This document shows, piece after piece, positions 36,174 through 45,140 of a stretch of DNA of 64,000 bases. The number at the start of each line of letters is the position of its first letter. Positions within the stretch are counted from its first letter, which is position 1. Where the stretch lies: positions 1 through 64,000 of IMG/VR virus record IMGVR_UViG_3300030110_004856. The stretch is one strand, 5' to 3'. The stretch is from a virus. Position numbers and translations under genes: made by a program. A model generated the notes under the pieces. That model saw only the letters and a list, made by a program, of their open reading frames with translations, had not been told where the DNA came from and searched no databases.

Positions 36174-36494
36174 ATGACCATCCGATTCATTCAACATCAG
36201 TTCGATCTCCCAGCAGACTGGGCAAGCTATTTATTCAACGGTGACGCAACATCGTTCGATCTTTATGAAGATGGAGACGAGCAGATTGCGGGCATTGACA
36301 AGTTCATTGCAGATACAGGATTAGGTGATCCAAGTGAAGTCAGCCAAGAAACATTCTTCTTGAAGTATCACGATGCTCAGAACTATGGTGTTCTTCCTTG
36401 TACTTGTGCAACTTACACGTTTCTTGAGCAGGTTGATGATCTACAGCCTGATCCTTCTTTAAGTGCAGCGGAACGCAATCCGTCCATGCGTTGA
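36174..36494 (+). CDS. early hypothetical protein
   Basis: AGGAG SD; LPADWASYLFNGD motif seen in phage early genes. Confidence 0.8.
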   Translation: MTIRFIQHQFDLPADWASYLFNGDATSFDLYEDGDEQIAGIDKFIADTGLGDPSEVSQETFFLKYHDAQNYGVLPCTCATYTFLEQVDDLQPDPSLSAAERNPSMR

Positions 36495-36538
36495 TACAAA
36501 CTGCACAAACTATTTAACACAACAACAGGATTCTGATC

Positions 36539-36847
36539 ATGTCTTTTGATTCCCACGCGCTGACTGAACTTGAACTCATTGCAGAGAATGACTGCGGCGA
36601 ACGTGTTAACACCGTTTACAAAGTACTGAGCAAGAAGCACAAACAAGGTATCTACGATATGGAACGCGCCATAGGCTACATAGAGCGCCAGTTAGTATTA
36701 CCTGCTGCCAAAACTTATCTAATGGAGAACTGTTCAATGACTCAAGGACTGCGCAATACATTCCCTAAGTCCATGAGATTGCAAGTTGCTGAGAACATTG
36801 AGGCTAAGCAACGCGCTGAATTTAATCTAGGTAACTATTGGGAATGA
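36539..36847 (+). CDS. early hypothetical protein
   Basis: ELELIAEND motif; CA-rich leader. Confidence 0.75.
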   Translation: MSFDSHALTELELIAENDCGERVNTVYKVLSKKHKQGIYDMERAIGYIERQLVLPAAKTYLMENCSMTQGLRNTFPKSMRLQVAENIEAKQRAEFNLGNYWE

Positions 36848-37137
36848 GTCCCACAACTAACAACAACACCAACAACAACACCAACACCATGACAACGGCA
36901 ACACGAACCGCTAACCGCAAGATGACTAGGTGCATGTTATGCGTTGATATGTCACAGCGAGCAGTCTGGATTCGCATCACTGGCACACTAGGTGACTGCA
37001 TCGGCAGAATCGAAGATGTAGGCCTTGAAGTAGTAGAAGAACAGACGAAAGACTATGAAGGCGATCCACCATCAGAGTGGACCGGGACAATTCTTCTACG
37101 GGAATTGAAAGAAACTGATTACCTTCCCTGGATCTGA
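36838..37137 (+). CDS. early hypothetical protein
   Basis: true start probably ATG 36889 after CAA repeats. Confidence 0.6.
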   Translation: MGMSPTTNNNTNNNTNTMTTATRTANRKMTRCMLCVDMSQRAVWIRITGTLGDCIGRIEDVGLEVVEEQTKDYEGDPPSEWTGTILLRELKETDYLPWI

Positions 37138-37177
37138 ACCAAACACCAACACCAACCACACCGACATCAACAAGACC

Positions 37178-37924
37178 ATGCAAACTCCTTCGATCGATCA
37201 GATTAAGCAGAAGATTGCCAAGCTTCTGCGACTCGCTACATCAACCAATGCAAACGAAGCAGCGAACGCTGCTGATATGGTGCACAAACTATGTGCAGAG
37301 CATGGTTTAACGCAGGACGCTATTGATCCTGACTGTGATAATCCTGACAACAAGGCAATAAACTGGGAAACTTTATACCAAGGCAATCGCAGAAACTTCG
37401 CTGAGATTAACTTGCTCACCGCAGTTGTTGAGCACTTTAACGGTGATCTATTGCTCTCTTGGAGTACTGAAAAGCAAGCCAATTGCTGTGAGATATTTGC
37501 ATCACAAGGCAGGAAAATTGAGATCGAACTGTATTTTGAATATCTGCTAGAGACTATGAAGAAAGCCAGCAAGAGAGCGAAGCTTGAGAGTGATCCTTAC
37601 AAATTAGATAGAGGCTATGAACGAAACTTTCAGAAAGCCTATGCTCAATCAGTTTGGAGTCGTATCAGACGGATGAAACGAGAGAAACAAGAACTAGCAA
37701 GGAGAACACAACACGAGCCTGCATTAGTTGCTGTCTCTCGTGGTAATAAGGAGCAAGCAAACAACACTGCATTAATGCATAAGTTAAATCCACGTATCAG
37801 CAAAGGTACTAGTCAAGCTAGAGCCCATGGCTCAGGTGCAATGTCTGGCAGAGATGCAGGCAGTTCAGTCTCACTCTCTAGACAGATGAACAATTCAAGC
37901 ATGCGAGCACTACCTGGCTCTTAA
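37178..37924 (+). CDS. DUF2786-domain protein
   Basis: KIAKLLRLATSTNANEAANAADM...L..EHGL. Confidence 0.85.
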   Translation: MQTPSIDQIKQKIAKLLRLATSTNANEAANAADMVHKLCAEHGLTQDAIDPDCDNPDNKAINWETLYQGNRRNFAEINLLTAVVEHFNGDLLLSWSTEKQANCCEIFASQGRKIEIELYFEYLLETMKKASKRAKLESDPYKLDRGYERNFQKAYAQSVWSRIRRMKREKQELARRTQHEPALVAVSRGNKEQANNTALMHKLNPRISKGTSQARAHGSGAMSGRDAGSSVSLSRQMNNSSMRALPGS

Positions 37925-37954
37925 TTCTCACTCACAAACAACACTACTAAGACT

Positions 37955-38815
37955 ATGAAACGCGTCACACTTCCCGCTCACATTCGTACCTTCAAGCAAC
38001 AACACGATGTGCGCAGTCTGCTCACAGAAACTAACCCTAAGGTTCTCAAGAACGACAAAGTTCTAGACATTCCCACAGCGGTGTTGCACCTGCTTCCGAA
38101 GTATCGCGGGACATGTCCATACGCTGCTAGCTGTGCATCCCTTTGTCTACATAGTGCAGGGAATCCTGCTTACATGCGAGGCAAGCAAGCGTCACGCAAA
38201 CGTAAGACTGATGCATTCATGAACGACCGAGAATTCTTCATGGAGTTGTTGCTGATCGAGCTAGTTAAGTTCGCCAGCAAGCACAAAGACTCAGTGCAAC
38301 TAGGTGCACGACTGAACGGAACTAGCGATATCCGCTGGGAACGTGAGTCAATCAACGTGCAGCCTGAGACTTCAGAGTATCTTGATCGGCGGTTCGGTTT
38401 CTATATCGCTCCAGGTAGATACAGAAACATTATGTTCTGCCTCAATGTTCACCGTGGTGTAAATATGCAGGGCTCACTGTTCCAGTTCTATGACTACACA
38501 AAGCGACCGGATCGCTACTGGGATGTTTGCAAAGCAGACAATTATCACCTGACGATGAGCGAAGGATCGTCTGCTGATACCTTCCGAGTCGCATTAGATA
38601 ACGGTCTGAACTTAGCTGCAGCTTTTAACATCAAGCGCAGCGAGTCTCTACCTGAGACTGTTACTCTCCACGGCATTGAATTCATAGTGCTAGATGGCGA
38701 TGTCACAGACTTCAGACCATACGATGCATCACATGGAACGCACATCGTCGGTCTCAGACTCAAGCGTGTTCCAGGCATGACTCAAGACCAGATCAATTCA
38801 TTCTGCATTGCTTAA
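37955..38815 (+). CDS. GP88-family (radical-SAM-like) protein
   Basis: CPYAASCASLCL..AG, RLNGTSDIRWE, FYDYTK, YHLT.S, DGD..D.R..D, VGLR.K. Confidence 0.88.
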   Translation: MKRVTLPAHIRTFKQQHDVRSLLTETNPKVLKNDKVLDIPTAVLHLLPKYRGTCPYAASCASLCLHSAGNPAYMRGKQASRKRKTDAFMNDREFFMELLLIELVKFASKHKDSVQLGARLNGTSDIRWERESINVQPETSEYLDRRFGFYIAPGRYRNIMFCLNVHRGVNMQGSLFQFYDYTKRPDRYWDVCKADNYHLTMSEGSSADTFRVALDNGLNLAAAFNIKRSESLPETVTLHGIEFIVLDGDVTDFRPYDASHGTHIVGLRLKRVPGMTQDQINSFCIA

Positions 38816-38817
38816 TC

Positions 38818-39003
38818 ATGACCAAACTCAAGCGTTTCGACTTTCACTACACTCAAACAATTGAAGGTGTTGAATCTCAACAGACTCAGACTATCTACGC
38901 TTTTGATCGACCTTGTGCTTGTGAGAAATGGTGTCGTATGAAACACACCATCCCATCTGCTACGCAAACACTGAATGAAATTCGGGAATTTATTAGATCA
39001 TGA
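38818..39003 (+). CDS. small early protein
   Basis: coupled ORF. Confidence 0.55.
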   Translation: MTKLKRFDFHYTQTIEGVESQQTQTIYAFDRPCACEKWCRMKHTIPSATQTLNEIREFIRS

Positions 39004-39137
39004 CACTCACAGAAATCACCGACTACATCAACACAAACTGGCCTGAGATCACTGATGCCAACCACGCTGCACAAATGGTCTTAGGAATGCAGGATAAGCA
39101 CTGCATTGACACTATTCTAGGTTTTTATGTGCGCTAA
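39000..39137 (+). CDS. 45-aa early protein (not in ORF track)
   Basis: ATGA overlap with previous stop; MTLTEITDYINTNWPEI... Confidence 0.55.
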   Translation: MTLTEITDYINTNWPEITDANHAAQMVLGMQDKHCIDTILGFYVR

Positions 39138-39139
39138 AT

Positions 39140-39298
39140 ATGAAAACCTTTGAGATTAGCTTCCGCAAACCAGTTCGGAAAGACTGGTCACAACAGGCTC
39201 ACGTTGTGATCAGGGCTGAGACTCGATCCGATGCATTGAAAGCATTCCAAAAGGATTATGAGTTCTCATTCATCTACAATGTCACTGAGCTACACTAG
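39140..39298 (+). CDS. 52-aa early protein (not in ORF track)
   Basis: MKTFEISFRKP...VIRAETRSDALKAF, starts 2 nt after previous stop. Confidence 0.6.
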   Translation: MKTFEISFRKPVRKDWSQQAHVVIRAETRSDALKAFQKDYEFSFIYNVTELH

Positions 39299-39331
39299 AC
39301 AACACAGAACACCTATTCTTCTTTTCTGATC

Positions 39332-39589
39332 ATGAACATCATCAAGAACACAATCGCAGCAGCATCAGTCCTCGTCTGCTGTATGGGCAATGAGATGCCC
39401 GCCAAGGCTTACAACTTGCACTGCATGAACATTGGTAGCACGATGCGAACCTGCAATGACAGCAACGGAAACAGCGGAACTTATCAACGCTTCGGAAACT
39501 TCGAGAACATCAACATCAACGGTGGTGGACGAAATGTTTCCTGCTACAGGCAATACATCGGCAATCAAGTTTACATTAACTGCAACTAA
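39332..39589 (+). CDS. small secreted/periplasmic Cys-containing protein
   Basis: signal peptide ending PAKA; three 'C/Y..IG/FG....C' beta repeats. Confidence 0.7.
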   Translation: MNIIKNTIAAASVLVCCMGNEMPAKAYNLHCMNIGSTMRTCNDSNGNSGTYQRFGNFENININGGGRNVSCYRQYIGNQVYINCN

Positions 39590-40056
39590 TCAATCTCTAC
39601 ATGCTTCCATTTCTTTCTGTTCAACACATCACTTATGTTTTGGTGAGAAACACCATACACTTCAGCAATCTCACGCAGCCGTAATCCTTTCTGTCTCAGC
39701 TCAAAGATTGGTTTGATGTCAGACTCTTTGAGCTTTGCATTCTTGTGTCTTTCACCTCTGTTCGCATTACTTCTATTCTCACTCTTTAACTTCCACTCAC
39801 AGTTTCCATCTTCATAGTTACCCTGGTCATCTTTCCTAGAAATCCGCCAATCCTTTCCTGGTCTCTCACCCATGTCTTCTAAGAACCCTTCGAACTTCAT
39901 CCACTTCTCGCAGACTCCCACGCCGCTGCCACCGTAGAGATGGAAACCACTTGAATTAGGGTTCAAACATCTCTGTTTCATGCCGAACCAACTGACATAT
40001 GTAAGGGACCACTTTCCCCCAAGTACGTGACCATGCTTTACTGTACCTTTCATCAC
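39586..40056 (-). mobile_element. free-standing HNH-like homing endonuclease with C-terminal HTH, antisense to early operon
   Basis: YVSW.GMKQRC.NP...YGG.G..VC..W..F..F..DMG.RP...GNY..GNC.W; HTH LREIAEVYGVS. Confidence 0.8.
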
Positions 40057-40105
40057 AACTAGCTCAAGAGGCTACACTCTAATCACAACTAACAAGACTG
40101 CAACT

Positions 40106-40330
40106 ATGGCTTACAGAATCCCTACAGACACACAGCTCAGACTGTATGCGCTTCTAATCATGGAAGCAAACCAACCAGACAGAGATAAACAGAACTGGAC
40201 ATCAAAGGCCATTGAGTACAGCAACATTCTCAAGAGCGAGGGAACTAGTCCAGAGTTCCTCGACGGATTTAAACGTGCCGTTACCTTGCTCGAAGTCCTG
40301 GAACCAGAAACACCTATCACGCAGAATTGA
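40106..40330 (+). CDS. early hypothetical protein
   Basis: CA-rich leader, 74 aa. Confidence 0.65.
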   Translation: MAYRIPTDTQLRLYALLIMEANQPDRDKQNWTSKAIEYSNILKSEGTSPEFLDGFKRAVTLLEVLEPETPITQN

Positions 40331-40333
40331 CCG

Positions 40334-40558
40334 ATGCCATTCAACAAAGAAGCCCAAATCTGCATCACACTCAGTGAGTCTGACTACCTTGAAGTTCGTG
40401 ACGCGATCTCAAGCTCCAGCTCAAAATGTTTGATTCGTTCTCTCAAAGATGACTATGAACATGCCAACGGAGCACGACTCAGGCACCAACAACTCGATCG
40501 CATCAAAGGTCATTTTGACGATCACTACAAGAACTTTATCCAAGCAAAGATGAAATGA
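40334..40558 (+). CDS. early hypothetical protein
   Basis: coupled ORF. Confidence 0.6.
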   Translation: MPFNKEAQICITLSESDYLEVRDAISSSSSKCLIRSLKDDYEHANGARLRHQQLDRIKGHFDDHYKNFIQAKMK

Positions 40559-40797
40559 AGAAAGAACTTACCAGAGATCAGTTAATAGCTGTGGTTGACT
40601 TCGTGCTCAACGGCATGGATTCCACGCAGTTACTGCAACTCTCTCAAGACATCTCCCACAAACGAACTTCGCTCCAAAACTCACAATCAACCAACAACTT
40701 CCAAACCAACAACGACACAAACCTCTGTAACGGTCTGGAATTTCTAGACGTTATGACCAAAGCAACACTGGACATTCGTTTTTCTGAAGCGGAATGA
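40555..40797 (+). CDS. early hypothetical protein
   Basis: ATGA coupling. Confidence 0.6.
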   Translation: MKKELTRDQLIAVVDFVLNGMDSTQLLQLSQDISHKRTSLQNSQSTNNFQTNNDTNLCNGLEFLDVMTKATLDIRFSEAE

Positions 40798-41015
40798 AAC
40801 ATCACAAGGACCTCACAACAGAAGAACAGATCTCTTACCGCCAATGGGCACGAGACAACTACGTACCATTCACACCAATCGATGGGACTTGGCATCCTGA
40901 AGTTCAGTTTGAGTGTGCCTTCATCAACAAAATCACCCCGCTTAAAAATCTCAGTGAAGTTTCCTCACAACAAACAAGTAAGTCTCCTAAACCTGGAAAT
41001 GTTTCAAGCAGCTGA
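40794..41015 (+). CDS. early hypothetical protein
   Basis: YRQWARDNY.P...I...WHP.V..EC motif; ATGA coupling. Confidence 0.7.
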   Translation: MKHHKDLTTEEQISYRQWARDNYVPFTPIDGTWHPEVQFECAFINKITPLKNLSEVSSQQTSKSPKPGNVSSS

Positions 41016-41253
41016 TGTAAATGCCACACTAAACCAACTCAAGTATTTCCTGTTCATCTGCAACTGCAACGGATCAGACGTTAGTAGTAAGGATGTGGCT
41101 GCTTACTTTCAAATAGAGCGTCACACTCACAACAAAATTCTTCAACGACTGGTCAACATGGAGTTCATCACACTGGAAGTTATCAACAACCAACGCAAGA
41201 AGATTCACATGGCTCAGAAAGGTTGGGAGTTCTACTTAAAGCTTCCCGATTAA
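40882..41253 (+). CDS. MarR-like winged-HTH protein
   Basis: TLNQL..L...VSSKDVA....I......LQRLV...FI......R.K.I....KG; true start probably 40953-40999. Confidence 0.7.
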   Translation: MGLGILKFSLSVPSSTKSPRLKISVKFPHNKQVSLLNLEMFQAADVNATLNQLKYFLFICNCNGSDVSSKDVAAYFQIERHTHNKILQRLVNMEFITLEVINNQRKKIHMAQKGWEFYLKLPD

Positions 41254-41257
41254 CCCT

Positions 41258-41833
41258 GTGGATCTATGTAACCCACGCCGCTATAGTGACAGCGACTTAA
41301 TCACCTCTTCTGTGTCTATTCTTCCTGATCATCAGATTCAAATTCTGTGTAATGCAGGAATGATCAGTCCATACGATCCAGAGTTAGTTAATCCAGCATC
41401 ACTCGATGTCAGATTGGGTAACGAGTTGATGGTTGAACAGGAAGAACATGAGCAGATGAGGAAGCTGTCGATTGAGAAATTCGATCGAGATTCACCTTTC
41501 TATTTGTACCCAGGGGAGTTTGTACTCGCTCATACGATGGAAACATTCAAAGTTCCATCGAACGTAACAGGACAGTTTGCACTCAAGTCATCGACAGCAC
41601 GTTCAGGCTTTGAGCATCTGATGGCTGGCTACATAGATCCAGGCTTTTGGAATTCTGTCCTGACTCTGGAACTTAAGAACGCTCGTCAGATGGCACCGAT
41701 TCCAATGTGGCCTGGTATGAGGATTGGGCAAATTGTATGGACTCGCATGCAAGCACCGCCCACCAAAACCTACCGAGAGACAGGCAGGTACAACAACGAC
41801 CCCACCGTTACTACCACCAAAGGCTGGTTGTAG
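41258..41833 (+). CDS. dcd: dCTP deaminase
   Basis: VNPASLDVRLG, PGEFVLAHT.E, KSSTARSG, AGYIDPGF, LTLE, GMRIGQ. Confidence 0.95.
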   Translation: MDLCNPRRYSDSDLITSSVSILPDHQIQILCNAGMISPYDPELVNPASLDVRLGNELMVEQEEHEQMRKLSIEKFDRDSPFYLYPGEFVLAHTMETFKVPSNVTGQFALKSSTARSGFEHLMAGYIDPGFWNSVLTLELKNARQMAPIPMWPGMRIGQIVWTRMQAPPTKTYRETGRYNNDPTVTTTKGWL

Positions 41834-42101
41834 TGATCACATAGTGATACCGAAATCCAACTGGGTATTTCCCTAACTCTTTTCAACGCGAGATTTCTTG
41901 ACAGAATGGCGCAGCCTTTGTGCTGTGTAAAGTGTTCAGCAGTTTATTAACTATTTGAGCTTTATACAAAGTTTAGATTGCGCGACAATTTGTCAAGTTT
42001 CTCTTTGTTATAGAAGTTTTTAAGAATACCCTTCTGGACTTCGGGACGCACTGTTGTTTCCAGTGAGACCCATGAGTCAGGAGTTTTATCTTGACCAACC
42101 C

Positions 42102-42152
42102 TTGACGCCATGCTCCTATGGCTCTAGGATTTATACACGCCTCAACTGAGGC
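42102..42152 (+). promoter_or_regulatory. sigma70 promoter plus 5' hairpin for the DUF3150-AAA-VWA operon
   Basis: TTGACG-N17-TAGGAT, then GCCTCA/TGAGGC hairpin and GGAG SD. Confidence 0.75.
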
Positions 42153-42173
42153 ACACATCATTTCGGAGATCAA

Positions 42174-42641
42174 ATGACTAGACACACCCAGATCAGACGG
42201 CGAGGGCAGGCAGTAGCTGACTGCTTCTGTGAGCTACAGGAGATCATCGACTCGTCCGAGCCTTTCGCGAACGCTTTGGATGAAGCGAAGCAAGAGCTGC
42301 TCGAAGTCTTGAACGACGAGTCAGTGATCGAAGGCGAAGTGAGTCTCGACGATTACAAAGGAGATGACTCCGCGTTTAAGTACCCTGAGCAAGGGCTGAA
42401 CATTGTCCTTCAGCCGAAGTATGTTCTGGTGCTCAACTCTGATGTTCTTGAGCCAAAGGCAATGACCTTGGCTAAAGAACGCATCGCTCGACATGAGTCT
42501 GCACTCAAGAAAGCGAAGCTTGATCTGAAGAACGAAGAGGAGAAGCTCGTGGTCACAGGCAAAGCCACGCGCTGCGTCAAGTCGTTTGGACTGGCGCTCC
42601 GCAAGATTGCCAAGCTCGTCACACCCATGGAGATCGACTGA
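42174..42641 (+). CDS. hypothetical coiled-coil protein, first gene of operon
   Basis: GGAG SD; TGATG coupling to next gene. Confidence 0.75.
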   Translation: MTRHTQIRRRGQAVADCFCELQEIIDSSEPFANALDEAKQELLEVLNDESVIEGEVSLDDYKGDDSAFKYPEQGLNIVLQPKYVLVLNSDVLEPKAMTLAKERIARHESALKKAKLDLKNEEEKLVVTGKATRCVKSFGLALRKIAKLVTPMEID

Positions 42642-43852
42642 TGACCAACGATGTGTTTCTGCTGAACGTCACAGTGTCCAGCAAGGTGCGCCAGACCATT
42701 CAATTCAAGATGAAGGATCTGCAACTACCGCACCAAACTATTGAAACTCTCGAAGAGCATGGTGCGGTCAGTATCAGACCAAACCTATCGAACCTGCTCA
42801 AAGAGTTTCTGAGCGAGCTGCGCCTGGAGCAGAGCAAGATCTATTTAGATCATTGCATCAGCCACGGCGAAAGCCACTTCTTGATGGCTCACCACTTCAC
42901 TGATGCCATGGCTCAGATCAGAGCAATGCGCAGCCGTCTCAACGCTATGAACGAAGCACTAGCAGTTGAGTGGTACTCAGAAATGCGACGGTGGGAAAAG
43001 ATGGTGAACAAAACCATCGAACCTTTGTTCGCTGATCCTGAATCACAGGAGCTAGTTAAGGCTGCCTACATGAATGTCTTCCCTGAGAAGGAAGCATTCG
43101 CCAAAGCAATCGAGATCGATGTTGTTGGTCCTCTTCCTGTGTCTTTAGATGTGGCTTCGTCTCCTGGTGACACCCTTCAGGAGCAGATGGCATACGAAGC
43201 AGCTTGCAACACCCAAGCTGTCTATACCGCTGCCCAAAAGAATGCAAAAGACAAAGCTCTCAAACGATTTGCAGTCTTCATTGACGATCTAGACATTCGC
43301 ATCAGCACCAATGTCGGCGATCGTCAGACTGGTGGCAACTCCGATCGACGTGGGTCATGGGAGGTAGCAGCAGAAGAACTGGCAGTTATTGCTGACCACG
43401 TGCCTGGCTTGGATCTTGTAAAAGAAATCACTCACAACATCCTGAACCAAGGACGCAGGATGAAGAACAGCAAACTGAGTGCTCGCGAACGTAGCGAAGC
43501 ATTTACAGCCTTCAATCGTTTACGAGAAGAGTTGAGAACAGAGCTAACAACAATCGTTGGAAGATCTGAATCCACTGAGGGAATGCAAGCTCTGCAAACT
43601 TCACTCTCTGTCACCAGTGAGTATCAAAACATTTTGTCTGGCATGAAACATTGCGAGACAAACCAACAACTAGAAGAAATTCTCTTGCAAGCTGAGACTT
43701 TCACTCTTTGTAGTAATCAAAGAGTCAAGGCAATTAACCAAGCAGCTCAAAGACAAAGGGAATTCATTGCGGCAAAGCATGTTAGTGTAGACCAGGAGCT
43801 AGAGACTATTGAAGAAATTAAAAACCAATCAGAGGAAGACATTGACTTCTAA
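42641..43852 (+). CDS. DUF3150-like helical protein
   Basis: N-terminal strand, 'DLQLP', long helices with W at expected position; adjacent to AAA-VWA as is usual for this family. Confidence 0.55.
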   Translation: MTNDVFLLNVTVSSKVRQTIQFKMKDLQLPHQTIETLEEHGAVSIRPNLSNLLKEFLSELRLEQSKIYLDHCISHGESHFLMAHHFTDAMAQIRAMRSRLNAMNEALAVEWYSEMRRWEKMVNKTIEPLFADPESQELVKAAYMNVFPEKEAFAKAIEIDVVGPLPVSLDVASSPGDTLQEQMAYEAACNTQAVYTAAQKNAKDKALKRFAVFIDDLDIRISTNVGDRQTGGNSDRRGSWEVAAEELAVIADHVPGLDLVKEITHNILNQGRRMKNSKLSARERSEAFTAFNRLREELRTELTTIVGRSESTEGMQALQTSLSVTSEYQNILSGMKHCETNQQLEEILLQAETFTLCSNQRVKAINQAAQRQREFIAAKHVSVDQELETIEEIKNQSEEDIDF

Positions 43853-43949
43853 CACTTACCCCTGGTTACGAGCAGCAAAGACCATTGACGGACCTTACCG
43901 TCGCCCACGCTTCTCTTTCATTAAACGACTTCTCGCTTTATTCACATGA
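43842..43949 (+). CDS. 35-aa peptide with amphipathic C-terminus (not in ORF track)
   Basis: TTG start; MTSNTYPWLRAAKTIDGPYRRPRFSFIKRLLALFT; stop overlaps AAA start (ATGA). Confidence 0.45.
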   Translation: MTSNTYPWLRAAKTIDGPYRRPRFSFIKRLLALFT

Positions 43950-45139
43950 ACACGCAACTTTTCAAAAAGTTCCAAAACTTCCGCTCTCAGCTCAACAGCA
44001 GATTCCTAGAGCGAGAGACAGTCATCGATGGACTTCTTGCTTCGTTAATCACAAAGCAAAATGCTTTCTTGTTCGGTGTCCCTGGTACAGGTAAGTCAGA
44101 ACTCGTCAGAGCAATCAGCAGTGGCTTCAAAGGAACTGAATACTTTGGCTATCTACTGAGCCCTACTACTGATCCGTCAGAGTTGTTTGGCCCTGTGGCT
44201 GTGAGCAAACTCCTGAAGGACGAGTACACAAGAGACACTGAGGGTTACTTGCCTTCAGCGAACATCGCGTTTCTTGATGAGCTGTTCAGAGGATCATCTG
44301 CTGTGCTCAACAGCCTGCTGACAATCCTCAACGAGCGCACATTCAACAACGGCAAAGAGGTTGTTAAGACACCAATCAACAGCATCGTTGCAGCTACTAA
44401 CTCATTCCCAACTGAAGAAAGTCTGCAAGCTTTCCTGGATCGTTTCTTGTTCAGACCTACGGTTGATCTACTTCAGAAACCAGTCAGCAAAAGGAAGCTA
44501 GACATGTGGTCGCTGGGTATTGAACCGCGCCCAGAGATTTTCTCAGCTCTGACTCAGGAAGATCTTGTAGAACTACAGGAACAAGCAGCCTGCATCAAAC
44601 CAACATCCAAGTTTGCTGGATTGTTTGGTGATGTCATGGAACGATTAGAGGTCAGTGGCATCTACATCTCTGACCGTCGTCGCGTACAGATCATTCAGTT
44701 CTTGCGTGGTTATGCGGTTGTCAAAGGTGAGAGCGAACTACATCCTCACATCCTGCTAGAGACTCTTCCGCACATCCTTTACCAAAGCGACGACGACAAA
44801 GAGATTATTCGCGAGCAGTTGGATGCAGCCATTGTCACTGGCAGTCGTTTCGTTAAAGAGAATCAGCATGCTGCAAACAGCATCATGCATGAGTTCTATA
44901 GCTGGGACGCTAAAGCCAGGACGATCAGCGATACGAAAATGCACATGGACGTGGCTCGCAACATGAGCAAGTGTCTGAGTGATCTGACAACCATTCAAAA
45001 ACGTCTTACTGAAGCAATGGACGATGACGAACTAAAAATCACTGAAGAAGTGCGACTCAAAATGATGAAGCAACACACTCAGAACGACAGCGACATGAAG
45101 ACCATTGCCAAATCACTGACTCGTTTCACAACTAATTGA
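43946..45139 (+). CDS. MoxR-family AAA+ ATPase (RavA-like)
   Basis: GVPGTGKS, TTDPSELFGP, GYLP, FLDELF, LNSLLTILNER.F.NG, A.LDRF, SDRR. Confidence 0.93.
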   Translation: MNTQLFKKFQNFRSQLNSRFLERETVIDGLLASLITKQNAFLFGVPGTGKSELVRAISSGFKGTEYFGYLLSPTTDPSELFGPVAVSKLLKDEYTRDTEGYLPSANIAFLDELFRGSSAVLNSLLTILNERTFNNGKEVVKTPINSIVAATNSFPTEESLQAFLDRFLFRPTVDLLQKPVSKRKLDMWSLGIEPRPEIFSALTQEDLVELQEQAACIKPTSKFAGLFGDVMERLEVSGIYISDRRRVQIIQFLRGYAVVKGESELHPHILLETLPHILYQSDDDKEIIREQLDAAIVTGSRFVKENQHAANSIMHEFYSWDAKARTISDTKMHMDVARNMSKCLSDLTTIQKRLTEAMDDDELKITEEVRLKMMKQHTQNDSDMKTIAKSLTRFTTN

Positions 45140-45140
45140 C

